NCBI GenBank assembly: GCA_022605425.2 | Contig: CM061249.1 | Span: 620,001-684,000, forward strand | DNA: 64,000 nt | Reading direction: 5' to 3' | Origin: Hamiltosporidium tvaerminnensis FI-OER-3-3 | Lineage: Eukaryota > Fungi > Microsporidia | Shown: positions 49,057-58,975 of the stretch, in pieces | Numbering within the stretch: position 1 is the stretch's first letter | How the letters are laid out: each line of letters begins with the position of its first letter | The notes under the pieces: generated by a model | Seen by the model: the letters and a program-made list of their open reading frames with translations, nothing else | The model's database searches: none | Told to the model about the DNA's origin: nothing | Translations under genes and position numbers: made by a program

Positions 49057-50823
49057 ATGTTGGAAACTGAGGATGTTAAAATTTCTTGGATGAATTTGAA
49101 CTTAAAAATAAAAAATAAAGGATTAAATACTAACCAAAGATCTATTATATACAATGAATTTGGTAGTGTTGGTCCAAAGTCTATGGTTGCATTGATGGGA
49201 TCAAGCGGTGCAGGCAAAACATCTTTGATGAATTCACTTGCAGGAAGAATTGAAAAACATATAGCTATTTCTGGTAAAATATATGTCAATTCGGAAGAAA
49301 GAGATCCAAATACATGGCCTCATATTATGGCTTATGTAGAACAAGAATTCTATTTTTATGAAAATCAAACCGTAGAAGAAACCGTACTTTGTTCCTCTTT
49401 GATGAGATTAGGGGGAAGTGAAACAACAGATTTTATTAAAAACAGAACAGATGAAATCATAAATATGCTCGGGCTTTGTCAAGTCAAGCATACATATATT
49501 AATAAAGTTTCAGGCGGCGAAAAAAAAAGAGTTTCAATTGCATCGGAATTAGTTGGAAATCCACAGATTATTTTTTTAGACGAACCATTAAGTGGATTAG
49601 ATTCTTTTAGTGCATTACGTACACTAAAAATATTAAGAGAATTAGTAAATCACGGTAAAACAGTTCTAATTACTATTCATCAGCCCTCATATCAAATGCT
49701 TAGTATTTTTGATGAAATGATTTTAATGGCAGATGGAAATATTATTTTTAGTGGCGTAGTAGATGATTGCATAGATTTTTATTCCCAATGTGGTTTTGAA
49801 ATTCCTGAAAAAACAAATCCAGCGGATTTTTTTTTAAACATAGCATCAGTAGATACCACAACACCTGAAACAATTGAAGAAAGTAATAAACGAATAGAAA
49901 AATTAAAAGAAAAATGGGCGCAATCAAGACAAGAAATTCAAATCTTAAACAAATCAATTAAACTCATTGATGGAAAAGGATCTTCAAGATTTACATTTAT
50001 AAATCTCCTAAAAAGAAATTTTTTAGATTTACTTCGAGATAAAAAGTACTTGAAAATACAAATTATACAAAAAATAATATTTCTTCTACTTCTAGGACTT
50101 ACATACATCAATCTAGGTTATTCACAAGATGCAATACAAAGTCGTGTTGGTGTTATATTTTTTATTCTAATAAACTCGGTATTTGGAACAGCTGGTCCTT
50201 TATTAAATATATTTCCAAAAGAAAAAAGAATTATTCAAAGAGAAAGAAGATCTGGAATGTACGATGGAGTAACAGCTTATTTGGCAAAATTTATAGCTTT
50301 GATTCCTTTTATTATAATATTAACTATAACATATATTTCTGCGGTATATTGGATGATAGGATTGTATCCGAGTGCAGGTAGATTTTTTATTTACTTGCTG
50401 ATACAGGCATCTTTATTATTATTTTCTATTGCACTTACACTAACCATAGGAACATATTCTCCAAGCGAAAATTTTTCTCAAGTTCTAGGTACTACAATTA
50501 TAATTATTTTTATTATTTTTGGTGGTAGTTTTTCGAATCCAAATACGATACCTTCGTGGTTATCGTGGATTATTTGGATATCTCCAATACAATATGGATT
50601 TAAAGCTAGCATGCAAAATCAATTTGATGGACTAGAATTTATTTGTAATGACAATGATCCAAGATGTATAGAAAGTGGAAATGATGTAATAATTTTATAT
50701 GGAATGGAAAGTCCTTCAATTTGGCCTTGTATACTAACACTCTGGGGATTGACTGTATTCTGGATATTTATTGGTGCAATCGGTTTGCATTTTTTAACAA
50801 AAATTTCACTTAAATTAAAGTAA
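49057..50823 (+). CDS. ABCG (White-family) half transporter
   Basis: Walker A GSSGAGKT, signature VSGGEKKRV, Walker B IIFLDEP, H-loop TIHQP and a C-terminal 6-TM domain. Confidence 0.97.
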   Translation: MLETEDVKISWMNLNLKIKNKGLNTNQRSIIYNEFGSVGPKSMVALMGSSGAGKTSLMNSLAGRIEKHIAISGKIYVNSEERDPNTWPHIMAYVEQEFYFYENQTVEETVLCSSLMRLGGSETTDFIKNRTDEIINMLGLCQVKHTYINKVSGGEKKRVSIASELVGNPQIIFLDEPLSGLDSFSALRTLKILRELVNHGKTVLITIHQPSYQMLSIFDEMILMADGNIIFSGVVDDCIDFYSQCGFEIPEKTNPADFFLNIASVDTTTPETIEESNKRIEKLKEKWAQSRQEIQILNKSIKLIDGKGSSRFTFINLLKRNFLDLLRDKKYLKIQIIQKIIFLLLLGLTYINLGYSQDAIQSRVGVIFFILINSVFGTAGPLLNIFPKEKRIIQRERRSGMYDGVTAYLAKFIALIPFIIILTITYISAVYWMIGLYPSAGRFFIYLLIQASLLLFSIALTLTIGTYSPSENFSQVLGTTIIIIFIIFGGSFSNPNTIPSWLSWIIWISPIQYGFKASMQNQFDGLEFICNDNDPRCIESGNDVIILYGMESPSIWPCILTLWGLTVFWIFIGAIGLHFLTKISLKLK

Positions 50824-50846
50824 ATTGAATTTATTAAGTTTTATTT

Positions 50847-51575
50847 GGTGGAGGGAGGATAACCACATGAAAAACTATCTGCTTGACAATGTTTACGTGA
50901 AATTTGTGTGAAGATCATTGTTTGGATTTTTGGTGGGATAAAAATACATTAAATCCTTGGTTGTTCTTTGGGTATGGTTATGAGGTGAGGAGGTCTATGA
51001 AAGGGCGAAACCTTTTCTAGAAATTTAATTTGTAGTTTTTTATGCAACTGGATTGCAGCCCGCAGCTGATTATGTAGGTAATTACCGGTAAAAGCATGGA
51101 AACCTAGCCTTGCTCACTCGGGCTAAGAGACTTGGTGCCTGGGAGATATAAAAATAACAGCCATTATAACCCGGGTGAGCTAAGTAGCGGGTTATACCTG
51201 TTGGTAAGACATTGCACTGTCTATGTGAACTCACAGAAAGTCTCTGAAATATATATTGGCTATAAGTTCATTAGGTTCAGAATGTTTAGAGTAAGTGGGA
51301 ATGCTGCATGGTCTTGGGGGAGCCCAAAGGGAGCTTCGGCCTTCGATCATACTCCATGCAACGAACATTAACAAACTCCAGGCAACTGCCACACCTATTA
51401 ATTAGCTTGAAAACATCTGGTACTTGAAAGACTTCGGGACGTAGGTATCCTAGGGGGTACCGATGGAGTGTTGGGTGGCAGTTATTTATGTTAAACATAT
51501 AACTGAGTAAATTTCATGAAAACAAATATAAAAATTGCGCCAGTTTTAAAAAGATGTAGTATGCTTAGGTAAAGT
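50847..51575 (+). mobile_element. ~730-bp SINE-like element, full-length copy
   Basis: Exact 13-bp TSD ttaagttttattt at 50834..50846 and 51576..51588. Begins 24 bp after the ABCG stop. Confidence 0.92.
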
Positions 51576-52504
51576 TTAAGTTTTATTTAAAGATTGATTA
51601 TACTTGTGAAATAACAAAGAGATATATTTTTTATTAGCAAAAAGTTTTTTTTTTTAAAAAAATATAAGTAGATTTTTAAAATTTTAGTCAATATTATGAT
51701 TTTTAAACTGGTTTTCAAAAGTTTAAAATGTATTCACAATCTAAGATTTTAATTTTATATTTTAAATTTTTGCAATCTTTAATGAACCTAAGAAAAAATA
51801 TTTATTGGATATTTGTTATATTTATAGAAAACTCATGCTAGAGAACATAGTATATATTAAAAAAAAATTCCAGTTGATTTTAAAATAAAATATAAAATAA
51901 ACATCAGAAATTCCTCATTTTAAGCATATTCAATGCTACAAAAATAAAAAAAAATATTCTATACCGAATTCAATAGCTTGAATTATAACAATATAATTTA
52001 TTTAAAGGTAAGCATTAATAATCTAAACAAATTTGGGATTTATTTTTTCAAAAAAGCAAAAACAACTCAAAACTTAATCATTCAATTTCAATTTTTCATG
52101 TGCCATATTTTATAATTCATATATTTGCAATATTCCTTCTATTTCACAACTTGTAAAATATCTTGGATGCATAAAATATTTTTACATTTGGCTTTGGTAA
52201 CAGGATAAAATATTCAATTGGAAATTTGTTGCTCATACAACCAAAATCTATAATTTATAAAAAAAGTTTATTTCACTATAATACTGTCAGAGCTATATTT
52301 ATATATCTCTATGAGGTAAGGATATATCATTAGAACAATGGCAATATTATACTTCGGAATTCAAAATTATTTATATTATTAATTCCGGAAAAAAAGCAAA
52401 AATAAAACATTTTAAAGGTAGCATTCTTAAATTTATGTTCAATAATAAGGCTGCAAATTTTTGATTCTAAAAAAAATAACTTTATTTGTTGTGAATCTTT
52501 TAAA

Positions 52505-53146
52505 ACGAGCATGCGGAGATAATAGTAAACACTAAAATATAAACCGATGTCAAAATTTGGAATATTAGACCGAAATATTTATTTTTGATAAGAGTAAAAA
52601 TAGGATCACACTCATTAAGATATGAATTATTTACTAAGATTCACTTCAAATAGTTGAAACTGAAAAACTTAAAAAGTATGGCCTACTAGCAAATAAGTTA
52701 GGCCTTATTGATAAATTTAGTGTCGAGATAATCTCTTATGTGATGAGCTAGGTCGGTATTGTGGCAAAATATCATAAATCACTCTTAAAAATACTGCAAA
52801 TATCCATGAATGTAGAGGTATACATTCAATCCATAATACTTAATAAGACAGTCAAAAACAATTTTCTTTGACCGACGAAGAGGACTTGAGTCCGGACCAA
52901 ATAAAGAGATGCACGAGGGGGCAAACCCCCTTTAAAACAAACGATAACAAGGAAGATGGTGTTAAACATTTTATAACAACAAATATTGCCCCCTTATTTT
53001 AGTTGGAGGAATCACACTAGATGAACCAACAATAAACATGGATGAAGAGTCGAATTCAGAAGAAGAAAAGAGTTGGTATAAAAGGCAGAAGAAAATGCAT
53101 AAAAGTGGGATAAAAACATTTTATCCCGAAAATTTATTGAATAAAT
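52505..53146 (+). mobile_element. RLE non-LTR retrotransposon, degenerate 3' fragment
   Basis: aagattcacttcaaatagttgaaactgaaaaactta, ccatgaatgtagagg, cgacgaagaggacttgagtc and 3' end aaatttattgaataaa. Confidence 0.88.
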
Positions 53147-53760
53147 CTATATATAATTTAAAAAATTTGAATACTATTTTTGCTAATAAGGAAACTAAGG
53201 ATGGGTAAAACATTATCAAACATCTAATTTTTTTTTTTACATTCTATGAGAAAACTAATAAATTTAAAATTAAAAAGGAAAAATATCTTTAGAGAATAGA
53301 AATTTCTCTCAATAATAAAAAAAAATATAAATTATTATGATATATCAAAAATAAAGATTAACTTACTAATATTCATCTTGTTCAAGAAATTTTATAATTA
53401 TTTGCAAGTATTATTGTATTATAGGGAAAACAACGAAAATACACAATGGCATCATTCAGAAACTAAAGTTTTATACGAATTTTAATTTAAAGAACACCAA
53501 TTTTAAAATGAATAATTAATTTAAAATCGGTTCTTAAATATGTTCTTTGTTGCAATTAATTTAATTCACAACAAAAAATAAAAAATTAATTGGCGATGTT
53601 AATTTCTAAAGGAGTAATTTATTAATATCTATCATTTTAAAACTTTTAAATAAATTTGTATGATAAAATAATAATGACAGATTATTAATTTTAAATATGA
53701 TTGATTTTGCGATAATTAAGTGTAAAAAACAAATTTAAATAATAAAGGAAAACATAACCC

Positions 53761-54378
53761 ATGAATGTTGGTTCAAAAGAATTATTTGCAATTATAAAAA
53801 AGATGGCTGTTATTGAAACAAAATATACAGAAAGTAGTATATCAAATCATGAATTGGTAAATATTCTTAAATTGCTCAGAGAAGAATTTGAGGCGATTTC
53901 TAAAACAGCTGAACAAAAGAGTCCTGATGAAAAATATTTTGTTATTTTTTTAATTATAATACTGGAGAGACTTAAAAAATCGATTGTTTTGGAAACCGAA
54001 TTACGTGAAATTATTGAAAAAGAATTTCAAGTTTATATGGATTCATTGAATGAGAAATTGCGCGAAGTTTTTAAAATCTCACATCCCTATAATGGAACAT
54101 TTACTTATAATAGAATGTACAAGGAGATTAAATCAAATATTCATTCTAAAGATGAAAGTAATAGAAATAAACGTTCAAACTATCCAAAACAAATTTCCAA
54201 AGTGCTTCAGAATTGGTTGCGGGAAAATGTTAATAACCCGTATCCTACCGAAGCCGAAAAAATTGTTCTTTCTGACAAAACCGGCTTAGATCAAACACAG
54301 ATCAACAATTGGTTTATAAATGCGAGGCGTAGATTATTGCCTCATATGAAAAACACTCATATGAAGAATAATAATTAA
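53761..54378 (+). CDS. TALE-class homeodomain transcription factor
   Basis: C-terminal KRSNYPK...LQNWL.EN..NPYPTEAEK...QINNWFINARRR. CCC directly before the ATG. Confidence 0.95.
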   Translation: MNVGSKELFAIIKKMAVIETKYTESSISNHELVNILKLLREEFEAISKTAEQKSPDEKYFVIFLIIILERLKKSIVLETELREIIEKEFQVYMDSLNEKLREVFKISHPYNGTFTYNRMYKEIKSNIHSKDESNRNKRSNYPKQISKVLQNWLRENVNNPYPTEAEKIVLSDKTGLDQTQINNWFINARRRLLPHMKNTHMKNNN

Positions 54379-55814
54379 AGCAATGGTATTTTTGATAATT
54401 TTGAGTATTTTTATGATTTATATTTAATCGATTGAGAATATTTTTTCAAGTAATTTTATTTAAGTAAAAAAAATTTAATTTTTTTAAATTTTATTATTCG
54501 ATTCAAGAAAGGGCACAAATAATGAAATCATGTTAAATTTTTTTGATTACAAGACTTTTATGGGATTCTTAACAAATCAAACTCTATTGGTTAATACTTT
54601 GAAAAATTAAACAAAAAATCATGATATAAAAAACAATTATTGATAAATTTTATATGCAAGAGAAATGCTTTTTTGTGTTTAATTAGAAAATAGATCAAAT
54701 GAAAATCTAGTATTTCTATTAAAATTTGATAAACTATGAGCAATTTAGCATTATGTTCATACTTTAATGATATAAATTTATATAAACCACAGTTTATTTT
54801 TTCCTAAATACATACTACTTGTTTTTAGATTTCTGACTTTAAGGGGAGTAAATAATTTCAGAAACGTATATGAAACATGTATTGTAATACAAATATGCCT
54901 CATAAAGTTTATAAAATTAGATTTATCTTATATTCAGATATTTCATGATTGATCAAGATTTGATATATTTGACATTTTTGATAGCTATGATCTATAGACA
55001 ATGATTTGGCGAGATAAATGATCACGTATGAATATGAATAACTATAATAACTTTTTACAGACATGTCTCTTCTAAAAATTTTTATGTATCTAAACAAGGC
55101 TTATACTATGAAGTTCGAATCAAGCCAATAAATTAGTTCATATGAAATGATTTAATGCGATAAGAATCTATCTTTAACTTAACAATAAAAGCCAAACATA
55201 TATGTTTCGACTTATTTTTTGCATTAAAAAATCGGCTTCTAAAATACCAAAAGTAAATGGATGGAATTTTTATATTATATAACAGATATCACCAAACTAC
55301 AGCCCGCACAGCTGCCCAGACACAAGTGCCTCTGGGCAACCATCAATTTTTTTGTATAGTAAGTGTTATTTAAATAAGTTCAAAAAATAAATAATTTATT
55401 AATAGAATTACCATTATTGTTAAATTTTATTATGAATTCGTTTACAAAAAAATATTTAATTAGTTTCGACATTTTTTTAAGCCATAAATCATTTTTTTTG
55501 AAATTATTTTATAATAAACAACAAAAAAAATTCAAAAAATTAGTGAGAGGAAATATATTATTATTGAGATAATGTGGTTGAAAATTTTCACCAATAATTT
55601 CTTGAAATTATGAGTCAAATTTACTAGTAGAAATTATCAATAATGAATTAAAATTCTTATCTTTAATTTTGTATCTGTAAATATTTTTTGAGTGTTTCAT
55701 TTTATAAAATATTTGTTCGCACAGTTAGGCAGCGAAAAGCGGAAATAAATACCGTAGAATATTTAAGAGCGTTACTGATTTCGGGGCCGGAAGACTCTTT
55801 AAGATTTTAATAAT

Positions 55815-57898
55815 TGTCACGGTCCTTAGTGCCCCCGTAATTTCTAATGCAGTTTTATTATTGGCAACACTCTTTATTTATAATAGATATATGTTATTTG
55901 TATAATATTTCTATCCTATAATTGCCGGGCTATTTTATTTCGTAACTATTCCAGCTTCTATTGCTCCTATAATATTTATATATTTGTATGGCCGGATTAT
56001 AGTTTTTGAATCTAGACGATTAACAGACAATACATATACAAATAGTATCAATGCAAAGTTTTAGCTTGCTATTGTTTGATATTATAGCCCAATTAAACTC
56101 TTTAAAATGCAATAAAATGTTATAAGGAAACAAATTTCGGAGCAAATAACTTCAAACAATGAATAAATTTACAAAAATAATATAGTTCTTTATTTCCTAT
56201 TTTTTTAATTTTAATTTTACCAATAGAAAAAAAATCATGGAAATGCCAATGATTGTAATTGGTCAAAACAAGGAAGGAAAAAATATTTCAGTGACTTTTT
56301 TGAAAGCCAAACAGTATCCAGCTAACTACATTAAACAAGACAAAGGTTGAAAAGAAAGTCGACTCAATTTAAAATGCTTCGAGACGATCTTTACTTCAAA
56401 AAGCGCGAGCGAATGCTAAAGGTTGTTTTTGAATTTGAAAAGATGCTAATTAAACATATAATAGAGACTGAATATTCTGTAGCGGTTGTGGAATTAATAA
56501 AATGATTACTCTATTTTGACAAAAATATTATGCGATTTCTAAGACATGCATAATTGAATTTATAAAGATCCGTGAGGCATTTATTAGATTTAATTCTTCG
56601 GAAACAATTTAGCCATTTTATAAATAATCTTACTAAAAAGTATGATTTATTTATGATTGAGTGTGTAGATCTTAGCTGACACGCAGATCAAAATAATAGG
56701 ATTATTTGACTTGAACCATAATCGACACTCATACAAGCATTTCTGTACTTTAAGACGATAGATAAGACTTCATGGTTTTAGAAGATTTATCATAATTTAT
56801 TTTTGATACTTTTTGGTATTCCAGTATCGATTAGATGGGATGATGATGTAAAATTTTAAAATTAATTTCTGGAAACATACTTAACTGCCCTTAACAATCA
56901 AATAATATATGGAAGACCACATAATTCAAGGGCACGGAGACAAATTGCACGGATAAATCAAACATTAAAAGAATGTTATCCAAAAAAGTTATATTTAGTG
57001 GTACAAAAAGAGGAATCGATTTTTTAATGATGTTATATAAGCTTATAATAGAACAATACATAGTGCCTCAAATAAATCATCATTTCAACCTTTTAATAGT
57101 CAATTTGGATTTATAATCTTCTTTCTGGTAGTACAGTGACGAAGGAACTAAAAGATGATTTAGTCTTTGTTGACGAAATTAGTTTGATGCATTAATCGCA
57201 ATAAAATAAAATCCAGGATATACAAAGTGAATTTAGAGATTGCGTCTGAAATATATAATGAAGTAAATTGGCTTTGATATTTTGCTTCATCTTCAACAAG
57301 TACTGCTTCTGAAATTGGTAAAATTTTGAAACTAATACGGAAGTATTTGAGCATTTTGCGAAAATATTAAAAAAGAATCATAGAAATATAAGATTCAAAT
57401 AAAACAATAAGAAATCTTCTTACTGGTAATAATATTTTTAAATGTGGATTTTGACATGAATACAAAAACTAAAAGCTCTCTGTTTGATTCTTCTTATGAT
57501 GATTTGTTTTTACAGTAACAAATATTTTTAGTAGTAATATGATAGAATAGAAAACATTAATGTGGAAAAAAGAACTGTCTACAAAGGCGTATTAAAGCGG
57601 ATTTAATTTTACTTTGTGTTTTCCTTTTTTTTAAATATGTATTATTTTTAAAATAAGAAATGTTAACATAAAAGGATGTGCTTTTATTTTTAAAATTATA
57701 ACGATAAATATTTTTGTGGGAAAAATAAAAATAAAAGTATATAAACATTTATTTTCACACGACCCTTATTATATTTAGAAACAAAATAACTCAATTTCAA
57801 TCTGGTGGCGTTAAAGATAAATGAATAGAAAATATGAGGGTTATAACTATATTAAAATAACCGGCACTAAGAACATGGGGGGCATTATGGACCCTACA
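55815..57898 (+). mobile_element. Ginger-like DNA transposon with decayed integrase-type transposase
   Basis: TGT...ACA imperfect TIRs (tgtcacggtccttagtgccccc / ggggcattatggaccctaca) and a 5-bp TSD ataat. Internal peptides IECVDLS*HADQNN, FGIPVSIRWDDDVKF and GRPHNSRARRQIARINQTLK (cf. GRPRHPQSQG.VER.NQTLK). Confidence 0.8.
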
Positions 57899-58975
57899 AT
57901 AATTAATGTCTTGATCCATCCGTCCCTTTATTTACAGGGAATTTTTTTCCAACGAAAGGAAACGAGTAAAATAAGAGTTTGATAAGAAAAAATATTTATT
58001 TTTTCTAATCAGAATGCTTGCAAGATGTCTAATCGGAGAAGTTTTAAAGAAAGTTAAAATTTGAATGAAAAATGGAATAAATTCAATGAAGGAATTCAAT
58101 TTTTTGTGTTCCTTAAAAACTGTTTTTAATTGTTACCATGTTGTCAAAGGAAAATCCATAATAGTAAAAATATTTTCTTCTTCCAACGTTTATATGTCTT
58201 TTCTTCGTCAAAACCAGTTTTCGAACTTTTTATGGGTTGTTAAAGTATTTCCTACTTTTAAAAAGCTAATTATTGGCCATTTCTCCTTTTTTTTACAATT
58301 GCTTTGGTTTGGCATAAAGGATCTTAAATTGGAATTAAAGAGAAATCACTAATACTTATAGAGATACTATGAAATAAACAATATTTTTGCTTCAATAATT
58401 ACTATGGATATAAAAAATCCTTTTATAGTTTTTTGTCATAATTTTTTGTTTTGTATTCTTTAAAAAAATCCCTGTACAAATATAAAAATCAAGTAAGAAA
58501 ATATAAAGAGAAAAAACGTGAAAATAAAGGTAAGCAGAAAAAGGCAACCTTAAAATATCTATTTGCACCATACAAGAAAGTTTTAAAAATTTTCTTCATG
58601 ATTTTTTTTAAAAAAATCCGTATATTTAAAGGGGACCCGTTAGGATCATGGAATCAATTTGAATTTTTCCTTTGTGAATATTACTATAATAAATTTTATT
58701 TTTTGGACTCTGTATGACCTTTAACATTTCATCCAAAAATACTAATAAAAAGTGTCGGAATCCCGATGGAACCCGTATCTCGGAAAGAAAACAACAATAT
58801 AGAGAAACTCAATTGTGACTTTTTAAGGAGCCACATCTTTCTCAGTTCTGTTTTAATTAAGCAGTATTGCTTATCTTTGTTTGGCTGTTGGCGCATGTTT
58901 TTTTTGATGGTTGGGAATTAATTACATTTTATATTTTCTAGGCTTGGCAGCGAAAAACAAAAAAATAATAAAATA

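Noticed and set aside
51132-51498. ORFs 51132..51371, 51286..51498 and 63494..63688 inside the 730-bp element
   Set aside because: Not conserved as open frames between copies. They are by-products of higher GC content.
50847-51575. 730-bp element as a solo LTR or MITE
   Set aside because: No TG...CA ends or TIRs, and 12-13 bp TSDs do not fit the 4-6 bp TSDs of LTR integrases.
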